Program-made: the position numbers and the translations under genes
Assembly (NCBI RefSeq): GCF_006345805.1
Contig: NC_042998.1
Span: 60,450,001-60,514,000 of the forward strand
Source of the DNA: Octopus sinensis
Lineage: Eukaryota
Direction: 5' to 3'
DNA length: 64,000 nt
In this document: positions 24,864 to 38,500 of the stretch, in pieces
Layout: every line of letters begins with the position of its first letter
How positions within the stretch are numbered: position 1 is the first letter of the stretch
The notes under the pieces: model-generated
What the model was told of the DNA's origin: nothing
Database searches by the model: none
What the model saw: only the letters and a program-made list of their open reading frames with translations

Positions 24864-27329
24864 TCACAAGGTGAGTTGATAAATGAACCCGAGGAGATGT
24901 GTCACACTTTTCAGGAGCACTTCGCCTAGCTTTCCGGTGGGAGCGATGGACCGGATGGTAGAATTGACCTTACGGACTTCCTCGGCGGGCTGCCGCGTCT
25001 CTCGGGGCAGGATGCGGAGAGCTGTGAAGGGTATCACACCTAAGGAGGTGACTGAGGCTGTAGCGGACAGCGGTGGTGGTAAAGCGCCGGGACTCGATGG
25101 TTTACCGTACAAGCTATATAAAAGTATGCCACACTTGTTCGGGCATGTGCTGGCTAGCGTCTACGCGAACTGGCAACAGAATGGGTGGATTCCTAGATCT
25201 GTGCGCCGGAGAGAGGTGACGCTGGTCAGGAAGGACCCGGACAAGGGGGATAGTATAAATAATTTTAGGCCCATCACTCTGCTGAACGCAGAGATGAAGA
25301 TTTTGGCCAAAGTGTTAGCAAAAGGATTGACACGTGTCGCGGATGGCCTGATCGGTGGGGGGGGGGCACAAACTTGTGCGGTCCCCAGCAGAACAATCCA
25401 GGATAATCTTCATCTTATACGCTACACTGTAGAAGGATATGGTAATGATTCTGGCAAGGACGGGGCACTGGTCCATTTAGACCAAGCTAAATTATTCGAT
25501 AGGGTAGACCGTCGTTACCTGGTTTCTGTGCTCGCGCAGTTCGGACTAGGTCTTGGTTTCCTCAGGTGGATCATACAGTTGTACGACAACATCGACTCGA
25601 TCGTTCGGGTGAATGGCTTTTTCTGAAAGCCGTTCTGCATCAAGCGGTCGGTTCGCCAAGAGTGTCAACTCCCTTTGCTTTTGTACGTAATGGCCCTCGA
25701 GCCATTGCTGCTAAACCTGAGTGGTATTCCGACGATTCCAGAAGGTGGAGGATCGGTTACAGCGTACGTGGACGACATCACTATCATCGTGAACAAGATG
25801 GAACACCTACAGAAAGTAAGGGAAACCATCAAGGTTTACGAGAGAGGGCAGGAGCAAAAATTAACCGGGAAAAATCGGTCGGCTTGTAACTTGGCACCTG
25901 AAGGGGCAAGTCGATGCCTTCGAATAGCGTCGTGGGACGCTGGACGGAGGGCCCAGTTAAGTTGCTAGGAATCTGGTTTGGCCCAGATCTCCAGATAGAA
26001 AAGAACTGGTTCGAGGTATCGGGCAAAGTGACCCACATAGTCAAGACCTTGTCTTGGCAGTGGCTATCCTTGAAAGGGAGGGCGGAGGTGGCCAATGTGT
26101 TTATCGCATCGGCCATCGTTTACCGCCTAGCCGTCGTTCCTTGTCCAGATTCATGGTTGAGCAAGTTGCAGAGGCTAATCTTTCGCTTTTTGTGGAAGAA
26201 CTCCGCTCCACTTGTAAGACTTCTATTTGCTGTCAAAAGCCGTTAAAGGGTGGGTTAGGGATGCCTTGGCTGTTGATGCGCAAAGATGCGCTAAGGTTGA
26301 GGCACCTCTGGCCCTACCTGGATGATGAACGGATGTGGTCTCCGTTCGCTAGACAGATATTCCCCAGCTTTACTAGCTTTGGTGATAGAGAAAACTGGTT
26401 TCGTCGAAGATGAGGTTGGGTACCTGGTATACAGAGTACCGCAAGGCTCTTCTCTAGTTCCGCAGCTCAGGCAACAGCAGCGGTTTCAGTACCACTGCGG
26501 CTTACGACAGCATCGACTCGATGGTAGAGGCTGGAAATGGTGATACCCTGGGGAGGACCCTGGGTTTCGATGACAGTCAGTTAGACAGCCTGTTCCGAAG
26601 AACATTCGGGCCGAAGACACTGGATAACTTCCAAAAGTCTTTGGCCTGGCAGTGTTACCGAGGAGCCCTACCCGTTCGGGATAAGCTCACCATACACGGC
26701 CATCCTGGGCCGTTGGCTTGTTCAAGATGCGGGCGGGGCGTGGAAACTATCCTGCACACTATTTTTCAGTGTCCGATTGTGTCAGAAGTGTGGACTTATG
26801 CAGAACACCTGTTGTCAGATGAAAGAAGAGTACAGCTATCGTCTGAGTCAATTCTAAAAATTAACCCACCGGATTTCCTTACGGAAGAGGGTAAGAATTG
26901 TTTTCTCGTAGTAGAAGCAATTGCGAGAGAGGTGATATGGAAGTCGAGAATGAAAGATATTGTGATAGACAGCTTCGTCTCCGGCCTCGCGCTGGTGAAT
27001 GTTTTCATCGTTCACCTGAAAAGGAAGGTGGGGCTGGAAAGGAGGTGTCTGTCAGTGAGTATGTCCATAAAAATATGGTCGCGTGTAGCACGTACGTTGG
27101 GAATGAAAGGCTCTACGTGAGCACGCCATAGGGATTACCAAGGTGTCGGAGGAGAAGACAGGGCTTGTGAGGTCGGAGCTTACCTGTTTTTTAAACCTCA
27201 TTTTGTTAAATTATTGTGTGTAATTGTTTTTGTGTCTCATTCGTTTATATTATCATTGTCATTTTAATTTTTTATAAACATACGTTTGAGTATATTCCCA
27301 AATCATACTTGTGGGAAATAAAAAAAAAA
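24864..27329 (+). mobile_element. L1/Tx1-clade LINE, 5'-truncated, with frameshifted ORF2 (RT and C-terminal Cys motif) and poly(A) end
   Basis: GKAPGLDGLP, NFRPITLLNAEMKILAK, LDQAKLFDRVD, AYVDD, CSRCGRGVETILHTIFQC. AATAAA and an A-tail at 27316-27329. Confidence 0.9.
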
Positions 27330-28232
27330 CGAAGTGAGTGGTCAGCTCGAAAATGGTTTAAACGATTTCGCAGGAGATACCTGAACCTTGAAGATCGTGT
27401 ACATAGTGGAAGCCCATCTGTCATCGATAACGGCCAATTAAAGACCGTCATTGAGAAAGATCCACGTAAAACCACTCGAGAACTGGCAAAAGAACTTCAA
27501 GTTAGCCAGAAAACTGTCTGCAACCATTTACATGCGATCTAAATATCAAAAAAGCTTGTCAAATGGGTAACACACGATTTGAATGAAAATCAGAAAATGC
27601 GCAGATATGAAGTTTGCTCGTCGCTTCTTCTCCGTAACCAGACCGATACATTTCTCTACCATATTGTAACTTGCGATGAAAAGTGGTTTGTACAATAATA
27701 AAAAAACCTTCTTCGCAGTGGTTTGACCAAAATGAAGCACTGAAAACCATCCCTAAACCCGAGCTCTTCAAAAAGATTATGGTGACTGTTTGGTGGTGTA
27801 CTGCTGGACTTACCACTATAACTTCTTGAAACCCAGAAAAATCATTACTGCAGAAACATATTGCCATGAAAATACCAAAATGAACGAAAAACTGCTACTT
27901 CCCCGTCCCAGACTGGTCAACAGAAGAGGGTCAATCATTCTTCATGACAATGCTCGACCACACGTTTCTCTAATGACGCTCCAGAAATTAAGGGAACTTG
28001 ACTGTGAAGTTCTCACCCAGCTTATTCCGCAGACCTTTCTCCTACCGACTACCACTTTTTCAGACACCTTGCTGGTTTCCTGCGAGAGGAGTTCAAAACC
28101 CAAACCGATGCTGAAAGTGCGTTCAAAGAGTTCATCAGTTCCAGAACTCTAACTTTTTATGTTACCGAAATAAACAAACTTGTAACTCGTTGGCAAAAAT
28201 GTGTTGATTGTAATGATACTTATTTTGATTAA
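27330..28232 (+). mobile_element. Mariner DD34D (cecropia/Hsmar1-like) transposase pseudogene, 5'-truncated
   Basis: KWVTHDL, IVTCDEKW, HDNARPH, DLSPTDYHFF, RWQKCVDCNDTYFD*; contains stops and frameshifts. Confidence 0.88.
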
Positions 28233-28829
28233 TAAAATGTCCGCATTGTTGAAATATTTCATGTTTCAAAACGTTGCTTGATATAAATAATGGAATGCAG
28301 AAATGAAATAAATGAAAATTGTCAAGTCAAAAAGAGAGTTGAACTACCCATAAGAAATTAATTATGATAAAGTATCTCTCAGATGGGATAGATAACTACA
28401 CATAAGAAATTAATTATGATAAAATATCTCTCAGATGGGATAGATAACTGGTTCTGGTATAAGTGTATTACAATGTTATATATAAATCGTAAAATAAAAC
28501 TAGTAGAAAAGGTGCACAAAACTGAATCAATATTCAGAACTGTAATGCAAGGAAAGTGGTTTCCAAACTGTGGAGCAAAAAAGAAAGTAGTGTTAAAGAA
28601 ACTATAATGTAAAAACGGTTGTATTAGAAGAAATGTGAATTTAGATTAGTGTACATCAAGCGTGTAAAGGTTGAAGCCTGTAAAGATTGAGAGGAATGGG
28701 GCAGAAAACAATTTAATGGTCTGCTTACAAAGAGGTTAGAAAGTCGATTATGATGAGGCAATGGGTTAAATATTTCCAGAGACGATTAGGAGTATGCAGA
28801 GTACCATCTAGTTGGTAGTTTGAAGAATC

Positions 28830-29660
28830 GTAGAAAGAACTCCCAGTGATGAGGGATTGACGAAATCGACTCCGAGTTGAAATTTAATGGTCTGAGAAGT
28901 TGAGTGAGGATGTTAAATTTTTCTGCTGAGCAGAAGAGACAGTTGTTACCATTAATATGCGAGGGAGCAGATTCTATAATAGACGATTTGCTGCTGAAGT
29001 TGGTCACTTTGTTATTTAAGCTCCAAAAGTATTTTGAAAGAGTTGTTGCTGATTTTTTTCCTCCTATCTAAAAGTTTACGTAAGCTGGGAATGTTTAGAT
29101 TTAAATTTGTCAGTGAGGGTTATGAAGCACTTTGTATCGTTGCTGTTATTGTTGGTTGCAACTTTAGCACAGCAAACAATATTTCGCTGAAAGCATTTAC
29201 CGTTTAAAAGGAATGTACTTTTATGGAGGCAATTACATTGAGAAGAAACGTTTGTTTGTGGAAGGGCCTATCTATTTCCTATTGATTCTGACTATGAAAG
29301 AGGCGAAATCGCCAATTTAGCTATAACTAACTTTGAGAGTGTATCTGTTAAAATCTTGTAGAATTTATGGTCGTTATAGAAATGCGTGTTCATTAAGTTT
29401 AGGAAGGACCTGGTAATAATGTTTTTAACTTTTAAACTGAAAGTGGGATTATACCATATAGTTAGGTGTTCCTTGCTGAATGACGTATTTTATCGAATCG
29501 TAAAGCCACTTTATTTCATATCCTCGTTGCAAAATATAGCAACACAGTCAAAGTTGTCCTTATTAGATGAAATTTCAGATATTTTTACTAGTGCTTTTTG
29601 GCCAGTTTTTGATGTTAGGTGGCCGGTTAGTATCATTTACGTTTATATTTGTGTTTATCC
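28830..29660 (-). pseudogene. Highly decayed Naiad-like PLE (RT thumb/linker and GIY-YIG)
   Basis: IWYNPTFSLKV..FLNLMNTHF..HKFYKI..TLKVSYS, CNC..LNGKC, TLSKYFWSL, CLFCSAEK. Confidence 0.7.
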
Positions 29661-29661
29661 C

Positions 29662-29733
<72 letters not shown>

Positions 29734-29969
29734 GGTGTTTGTCTGTTCGGCAAAAACAACAGATAGAATAAGTACCAGACTCAAAAATTAAGCACTAGGG
29801 TTGATTTGTTCGATTCTTCAACGCGTTTTCCAAGGATGGCCACACTTCAATGCCTAAAACAAGTAAAAGTAAAAAGGAAAAAATCGTGAATAAAAAAAAT
29901 AACTAACCATTCCTAATTACAATTGACGTTCTAATATAAAGATTGGTATTTTTTTATTTCTAATTTCAG

Positions 29970-30162
29970 AGAGTACCAATTACCGGAGATGGTGCTATTT
30001 CACAAACTGGTCACAGTATCGAGATCAACCGGCTAAATTTAAGCCACCCAATATTGATACTCATCTTTGCACCCATATTTCCTACGCTTTCGCTACACTG
30101 AAAAATGGTTTGGTCACAAACTTTGAAAAAGATGATATTTCACATGCATGGCAAAAAGGAAT
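29970..30162 (+). CDS. GH18 chitinase exon (N-terminus of catalytic domain)
   Basis: ttcag acceptor; STNYRRWCYFTNWSQYR..NIDTHLCTHISYAFA; donor AT|gtaagt (phase 2). Confidence 0.93.
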
Positions 30163-30436
30163 GTAAGTTACCAGTTTAACCAAACAATCCATCAAGATTA
30201 TTCAAATGATAATAAACCATAACTCGGAAACGCATTCCCCGCGAGAGAAAAAAAAAAGGCAATAGCTAATCTGTTAACAGTTAATCTGTTGTTATTATTA
30301 TCTTTGCTGGCAGAATTGTTAGCATGCCGGGCAAAATGCTTACCAGTTAAACAATCAGGTCGATTATCTCCTCCACTGAACTTGGTGGTCTTGTGCCAAA
30401 ATTTAAAACCAATTAAGATTAAGTCCTTTGCTTTTA

Positions 30437-31050
30437 AGACGGCGAGCTGGTAGAATTGTTAGCACGCCGGGTAAAATGCGTTTTTACGTTCTCAGTTCAA
30501 ATTCTGCCGAGGTAGACTTAGCCTTTCATGCTATCGGGGTCAATAGGATACTTACCAATTGATCGCTGAGATCAATGTAATCGACAAGCTCTCTTCCTCG
30601 AATTTGTTGACCTTGTGCCAAAATTTCAAGCAACTATTATTTATTATCAGACATAGATGTGTGGTAAGAAGTTTGCTTTCCAACCACATAGTTTTGGGTT
30701 CAGTCCCACACTTTGAAAAAGTGTCCTCTACTATAGCCCCGGGCCGACCAAAACTTTGTCGGTGGATATGGTAAACGGAAGCTAAAAGAAGCCCGTCGTG
30801 CATGTGTGTGTGAGTATGCGCGCGCGCGCGTGTGTGTGTCTTTGAGTTTGTCACCTACCACAGCTTTACAACCAGTATTGATTTGTTTACATTCCCATAA
30901 CCTAGCGCTTCGGCAAAAAGACACCGCTAGAATGAGTACCAGGCGTAAAAGAAGAGAAAATAGATATTCGGTCGATCAACCCCCCTTCAAGCCAGTGCTC
31001 CAGCATGGCCGCAGTCCAGTGAATGAAGCAAGTAAAAGAAAGATGGTAAA
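30437..31050 (+). mobile_element. Tandem tRNA-SINEs: family A (30437-30630) and family B (30655-31050)
   Basis: ggcgagctggtagaattgttagcacgccggg..gaggtagacttagcctttcat, then gtggtaagaagtttgctttccaaccac..ccagcatggccgcagtc. Confidence 0.75.
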
Positions 31051-31534
31051 AGATTAAGTCCAGAAAAACTGAAACGCAAAACCGTTTCAATTCCCGCTTC
31101 AGATTTTCCCAACCTAAGTTCGTACTTTTCTGTCCCGTAATTTCTCGGAAGACTCCAGCGTCTTGAGGAAAATACAAAACAAAAATTACTCACAGACGCT
31201 ATCCGCAAGAAAAACAATAGTTAAGTTAGTGGCAATATATTTAATGCAACAAACGACGATAAGCGATTAGAAATACAAAAGCGGAAGGAAAAGAGAAAAA
31301 GGTAATATTAGCTGAATGGTTAGAATTTTTTTAATCATTTCGGAAAGTACAGGAGACAAGGCCGAGCATTTTCTTCTTATTCAGTCTATTGAACTGGAAG
31401 AAATGCTGTAACTGATCAAATAGGTCTTGGTTTGTCTAGTATGAGCATTCGAATGGTTGTGCACGATTACACGTTAAAGATATATGCGCGCATGCGTATA
31501 CCTGTATGCGTGTGTGCCCGTGTATCTGTGTGTC

Positions 31535-31574
<40 letters not shown>

Positions 31575-31616
31575 CATATGTACATACATAATCATAAATA
31601 TTACAGAGACTGACAG

Positions 31617-31742
<126 letters not shown>

Positions 31743-31880
31743 GTGCTTGCGTGTTAAGCAATATAGTTGCATATCCATGCCTGTTCCCTAACCTCTATCC
31801 AAGAATATATATGTATTTTAACAATATTCATCGATGAACACTTTTACCATTTTTCTCTCTCTTTTTCTTTTTTGCATCAG

Positions 31881-32133
31881 GTTTGAAGAAGTAAATGACA
31901 TCAAAAACACAAATCCCCAACTAAAAACATATTTAGCAATCGGAGGTTGGAACCTAGGATCGAAGCCTTTCTCTGCTGCTGTAATTAATTCACAAACACG
32001 GAAGAGGTTAATTGACTCAGCCATAAATTTAGCAAGACTCTATAAATTTGACGGCATTGAAATTGATTGGGAATATCCAGCAGGTCGAGGTAGTCCCCCA
32101 GGAGACAAGGGACGATTTACATCCCTTATATCT
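31881..32133 (+). CDS. GH18 chitinase exon with the catalytic motif
   Basis: catcag acceptor completes ATG; LKTYLAIGGWN..FDGIEIDWEYPAGRGSPPGDKGRFT; donor gtgagt (phase 0). Confidence 0.95.
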
Positions 32134-32476
32134 GTGAGTTTTCAAGTTTTTTTTAAATCTTTTACTTGTTTCTATCATTGAACTGCGGCCATGCAAGGGC
32201 ACAGCCTTGACGATTTAATCGAACAAATGTTTAAGTCTGATACTTATTTAATCGCTTTTTTGCCGAACCGCTAAGTTACAATGATGTAAACTAAGCAACA
32301 CCGGTTGTCAAGAAAATAGGTGTTGTATTTGAAGCTTCATAGGACATACTTTTCATCAAACTGCCAAAATAGTTAAATAACAGTTGTGCGACCTTTATAT
32401 ATATGTATATGCGTGTGTGTGTGTGTGTGTGAGTGTGTGTGTGTATCTATATATTTATATATATAGATACACACAC

Positions 32477-32609
<133 letters not shown>

Positions 32610-33557
32610 GGGAATATTATTCCAAACTTACAGGGAAAATTTCAATTTAGTAATACTAAATCAAATTTCACAATATATAATATATGTATATAAATTAGAG
32701 AAGAACCACCTTTTATCAATTCAATAATGAAATAACAATGATATGATTAAATTATACCATATAGAAAAAGATTAAATGTACGATAAAACACATACCAATA
32801 ATTAAGTAAAATACAAAATATTTTTTTAAACACGTGTATTTTTTAGTTTCCGTACACCATATCCACTCACAAGGTTTTAATCTCCACGGGGCTAAAATAG
32901 AAGTGACTGGACCTAGGACCACATCGTTGGGAAATAAGTTTCTTAACCACACATCAATGTCCACGCGACTTTTTTTTAATAATTACGGAATTTTTTGTTC
33001 GTTTTCTTTCAGTTTAGAGCTGTTTGTTTCTTTTCTATTCTGGAAGCTTGTACATTTCCAGCATTGACTTTTTTAATTGCTACTGTCGTTGTTATTGTCG
33101 TCATCCTCGTCTTCCTCGATGTCGTCGTCGTTGTTGTTTACTGTTTAACTCCAGACCAGCCACGGTCGCGCAGATCTATGACGACCAAAGATGATTTAAC
33201 AATGTTTCAGTTGGCCAATGTGTTCAGTTTTTTTAAAAGGTATGATGACATTTATGGGAGATTTGGTTCCTTTGTCCTTCGGAGGTGAAGTGACCACAGT
33301 GTACTGAGTCCATGCTCAAAACTTGACTTTTGCTAAGCCAATTCAACTTGTAATGTGTCCAATAATTACCGTATTTGGTAGCATAAAAGACACACGGACA
33401 TATAAGACACACCACTAATTTAACAGCGCATATTCAGTGGGGAAACACGGTTGTATTAAAGCATGTGAAATAGACCCAACTTTGTATAAAGAACCCGGAG
33501 TGATTTTCGGAGACATTTCTTTAGTAAAACCTGCGTCTTATGTGTCATCAAATTCGT

Positions 33558-34105
33558 TATCTTTTACTTGTTTCAGTCATTAGAGTGCGGCCATGCTGGA
33601 GCACCGCTCCGAAGAACCCTAGTCGAACGAATCAACCCCAGTACTTATTCTTTTTAAGCATGGTACTTATTCTATCGGATTATTTTGCCAAACTGCTAAG
33701 TTACGGGAACACACCAACACCGGTTGTCAAACAGTGGTAGGGAACAAACACAGACACAAAACACACACACACATACACATACACACACACACACAATCAT
33801 ATATATAGTAAATCTAAAAAAGAAGAGCGAACACAAAAAACAACAACGCGAGGACGTGGAACATGTAAAGTATTAGCAGACACTCAAGGAAGGAAAGAAA
33901 GATGGTTTAACGTTTCGAGCTGACGCTCTTCTTCGGTGGTGAGAGAGTGGGAGAAAAGGAGCTTTCAATTTTCGTCTACCAAATCCATTCATCATGCTTT
34001 GGTCGGCCTGACGATATAAGTGAAGACACTTGTCTAAGATGCCACGCAGTGGGAATGAACCTGGGACCATGTGGTTGGGAAGCAAACTTTATACCGCACA
34101 GCTAC
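33558..34105 (-). mobile_element. SINE family B interrupted at its internal microsatellite by a PLE tail (33808-33936, hammerhead-like)
   Basis: SINE tail at 33558-33765 and head at 33960-34105. The insert revcomp reads CCGAAGA-a-gagc(gtca)gctc-GAAACGTT-aaacc. Confidence 0.72.
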
Positions 34106-35221
34106 GCGTAGCGTTTATTATTGCAAGCTACAGAAGCACTGTACAATTGTCAATTTTTCTGTTATCTTGCAGTGACAAATTGAGGTCTTCCATACCTGGA
34201 TTGGAAAGTTAGAAATCACTTCAAAAATACCGAAATCAATAAATTTTCCAGTACTCTGTCTAGAATACAACTATCTTAGATATATAATGTTGTGGTAGTG
34301 AGGAGACTATACAATGAATTTTCTTCTTACGTTTGATTAAATCGTGTTTTGGTATGGAAACATATTTTCACCGATGTAATAAAATAGCTGTCGTTGGCAG
34401 GATCTTTAGAATGCCAGTTTATCAAAGGAATAGTTCAGCTTTTGCTTTTTCCCTCTTTCCTTCTGTTCCTTTTATTTCTGTCCTTTTTGTCTTTTTTTTA
34501 GCTTATCATGTTACTGACTCTTCACTGAATTCTATCAAACGATATTTCACGTTAGTTTTCTCCTCCTTTTTTTCTTTTTTTGTCATGTTACCGACGCTTC
34601 ACTGAATTTCACTGAAATTAAGATACTTAATGTCAAATATCCACAATTCCTAAATAGGTACCATAAATCAGTATAATTCACTATTGTAAGCTGCTCTTAA
34701 GTATTTACTAACCTTCCCTGGATACAATTGACAGAATGTTGATAAACGAGCGTTCAAAATGAAAGAAAGAAGTAGAAGTATGGCAGAAACAATACAATAT
34801 CGGATTTAAAAATACCTCTTGACATTTCGATATGGTTGTTACGTTATGCATTCGAATCCATCTTTTGTTTTCTCAGTTTATATAATTTCTCAGTGTCCGT
34901 TGATAAAAAGTCCTAGTAAAGTACGGATATCAATTCAGTTGGTTTTATTTTTTCACTTATAAGTTGTCTTCATTTCTAAATATGATTATCTCATTGTTTA
35001 TATAAGTAAATGATTTATGGTCTTCTATTGAACGTAAAATCATTGAATGAGAAATATTTTTCACTTATGGATGCTGGCATGAGATCCAGAGCACCACATT
35101 CCCATTGTACGAGACTTTTCTGAGATGGGTAACAAGAATCTCCAGTGAAAAACGTAGAGCCTTCACTACTACTGTGCATGTGTGTGCGAGCGTGCATACG
35201 TGTGTGTGTGTGTGTGTGTGT

Positions 35222-35259
<38 letters not shown>

Positions 35260-36174
35260 TGTGTTTACATCAACCTACAGATGGGCCAACAATCATTCAT
35301 ACATGTCTCAGCCCATTAGTACATATTAGTTATCTTAGCTATATCTTGGCTGAATCATAAGAAAGAAATAATGAAACTGGTGTCCAGCCATTACGTGATG
35401 TTATACATTTTGAGAAGGCGTTAACGTCATTAAATCTATCCCAGCAAATCTTTGAATTATTTTATTTACCTCAGAAATTTCCACTCAGAACATAAAGAGA
35501 AGCAACTAAATTCGTTTGTCCGACAGATGTATGAACGGGAAATTACTACTGACATTAAGCTACAATTAGTTCCAAAGAAATCAGGTCCCAATTTGGTACA
35601 CACGTGGAGTTAATAAAAAAAACTAAACTTCTCTTATGATATCTTCCAGTATATTTAAATATGGAGACTCCAGATAGAAAATGTTAATTATATTTATTAG
35701 AATATTTTCCATCTTCGAATATCACACTAACATGACATTTAGAAATGGTATTTAGACGAAAGCTCGGAAGAAATATATAAAAACTATTTTATATTTAAAG
35801 AGAACTCTATCAAGAATTGACATGAGAAATATATATTTTAATTAACTAGAAACATCTAATGATCTAATAAGAAGACTTGTTCTTTTTATTTTTCCCCCAT
35901 TAGTTGCAAGACTACTTTTTTAGACAGAGGGATATTACAGATGACGGACAAGAATGTGTGAACTTTACTAATACATACATTACAGAATTCACTCTGTTGC
36001 AAGTATTCTGACCAGGTCACTGATCTGAGGATAACTCGATATCTTGATGTGATGCTTTCTACTGCAGCAACCCACGGGCCGTAGTTTTTCCCACCTTCCT
36101 CTCGCAATAAAAGTTATTTAATTTCTATTAATATAAACAATATGATACTGCATCGACATCATGGAGCGATACAT

Positions 36175-36598
36175 GAGTGGCTGTGTGGTAAGTAGCTTGC
36201 CAACCAACCACATGGTTCTGGGTTCAGTCCCACTGCGTGGCATCTTGGGCAAGTGTTTTCTGCTATAGCCTCGGGCCGACCAATGCCTTGTGAGTGGATT
36301 TGGTAGACGGAAACTGAAAGAAACCCGTCGTATATATGTATATATATATATATATATATATGTATGATTATGTATATGTTTGTGTGTCTGTGTTTGTCCC
36401 TCTAGCATTGCTTGACAACCGATGCTGGTGTGTTTACGTCCCCGTCACTTAGCGGTTCGGCAAAAGAGACCGATAGAATAAGTACTGGGCTTACGAAGAA
36501 TAAGTCCCGGGGTCGATTTGCTGGACTAAAGGCGGTGCTCTAGCATGGCCGCAGTCAAATGACTGAAACAAGTAAAAGAGTAAAAGAGAGTAAAGAGT
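36175..36598 (+). mobile_element. tRNA-derived SINE family B, near full length
   Basis: Box A tggctgtgtgg, box B gggttcagtccc, internal (TA)n and a (gtaaaaga)n tail; close match to the 46791 copy. Confidence 0.88.
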
Positions 36599-36794
36599 AT
36601 ATATCGACCCTGGTTTTAACTAAAATCAAAGTATTGATGTTATGATTGTCACTCGGTTTAGTATCACCACCTGGTCCTTGAACATTCGGACCATGTTTCC
36701 AGCTCCTTCTTCTCTATCTTAAACCAGTTTCGAACGTCATGCAGGGAGATTTTGAGTCCTGTCTTTCTTCGTTTAATCAAGTCACAGAAAGTAT

Positions 36795-37020
36795 GAGCTG
36801 GCAGAAACGTTAGCACGTCGGGCGGAATGCGTAGCCGTATTTCGTCAGCCGCTACGTTCTGAGTTCAAATTCCGCCGAGGTCGACTTTGCTTTTCATCCT
36901 TTTGGGGTCGATTAAATAAGTACCAGTTACGCACTGGGGTCGATATAATTGACTTAATCCGTTTGTCTGTCCTTGTTTGTCCCCTCTGTGTTTAGCCCCT
37001 TGTGGGTAGTAAAGAAATAA
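36795..37020 (+). mobile_element. tRNA-derived SINE family A
   Basis: gagctggcagaaacgttagc..gagttcaaattcc..gaggtcgactttgcttttcatcct; matches the 47435 copy. Confidence 0.85.
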
Positions 37021-37759
37021 GAAAGTATTTAGCCTTCTTATTAGTCTCCATCCAAAACAAGCTTAATTTAATTTGATGGGCTACCATTAATATCCTCACC
37101 GTTTCTCATTCACTGGTTCACTATTTGACTGAACTATATGTTGATTCCTTTATTGTTTGGCATCAGTACATGTCTTCTCTAAATTATTTAGCAATGCTAA
37201 CTTCCCAACACCAATTACTTTACCTGACTTTATGGTATCTCTCACCAAATCTTAAATGCCAGTTTTAATGTGTCTCAATACTTAACTCCATCATCTGGTC
37301 CTTACTTACTTTTAACAGAATTCACTCTGTTTCAAGTATTCTGACCAGGTCACTGATCTGAGGCTAACTCGATATTTTGACGTGATACGTTCTTCAGCAA
37401 CAACCCACGGGCTGTATTTTTTTCCACCTTCCTCTCGCAATCTCTGAAGCTCTGACAAAAGGTCCTAGATGCTACCATTTCTCTTCTGATTAAACCAATA
37501 AAAGAAATCAAACCAGATCTCGTACTAAACAATTTTCAAAACTCTTATGCCCTAAAAGTACATCTCTGTAAAAATTTCTCTATTATTCTCTGTATAATTA
37601 TTCATACAAAGTTTTCCTTCAATTCAGTTATCCAGTTTTCCGATCTAGAAAATACTAAACCCTGTGCCTATACACATACACTGTTTGAATTAATGAATAA
37701 AGTCTTTTAGGGTTACACAACAATAATTAATAAAACCCTTTGTTTTGTTCACTTTACAG

Positions 37760-37884
37760 GAACTAAAACAAGCTATAACTTACGAAGCACTGAGATCATC
37801 AAAAACTCAACTTGGTTTGGCTGTGGCTGTGGCAGCTGGAAGGTCAAAAATCGATGCTGGCTATGAAATCGGCACCATTTCATC
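37760..37884 (+). CDS. GH18 chitinase exon
   Basis: tttacag acceptor; ELKQAITYEALRSSKTQLGLAVAVAAGRSKIDAGYEI; donor TC|gtaagt (phase 2). Confidence 0.92.
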
Positions 37885-38336
37885 GTAAGTTACTGCTTTC
37901 ACTTTCATCATTTTCCTTTGGAGTATTCATTATATATACATATATATCATTCTTTAACATTGGCTTTGCATAGTCTATTTGCGATAAATCTTTCCTGGGA
38001 TCTGTGGGGGTTCAGTTAAATGGTAATTCGGTTGTAGAGTGGGTTGTGATGGAGCGGTGTTGTGGAACAAATTTCAACACTACTTGTCATACAGCTTCAT
38101 TTAGTGCAGATTTTTTTTGTTTTACGTTTTCCTGGATCACTTGGATTCCGCGGAGTAAAAAAGTAAGCCAATCTATGATGAGAAGTTTGTATCATAACTA
38201 TATGTTCAGAATTCGGTCCAAATGTGTAGGAGGGCAAGTGCATTTCGTCACAGCCTATAGCTGACCATTGCTTTGGGATTAAAATATGGAAGACGGAAAC
38301 TGTAAGGAAGCCTGTTATGCATATATATATGCTTCG

Positions 38337-38351
38337 ATGCTGTTGTTGTTG

Positions 38352-38383
<32 letters not shown>

Positions 38384-38500
38384 GGTGGTGGTGGTGGTGG
38401 TGGTGGTGGTGGTGGTGGTGGTGGTGGTGGTGGTGGTGGTGCTGCTGCTGCTGCTGCTGCTGATGCTGATGCTGCTGCTGATGCTGCTGATGCTGCTGCT
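38337..38500. repeat. Compound (GTT)(GTG)(CTG/ATG) trinucleotide repeat
   Basis: Read directly from the sequence. Confidence 0.95.

Noticed and set aside
28349-28448. Two ~50-bp direct repeats that could suggest a CRISPR-like array
   Set aside because: Only two adjacent units without spacers, in eukaryotic DNA; a simple tandem duplication.
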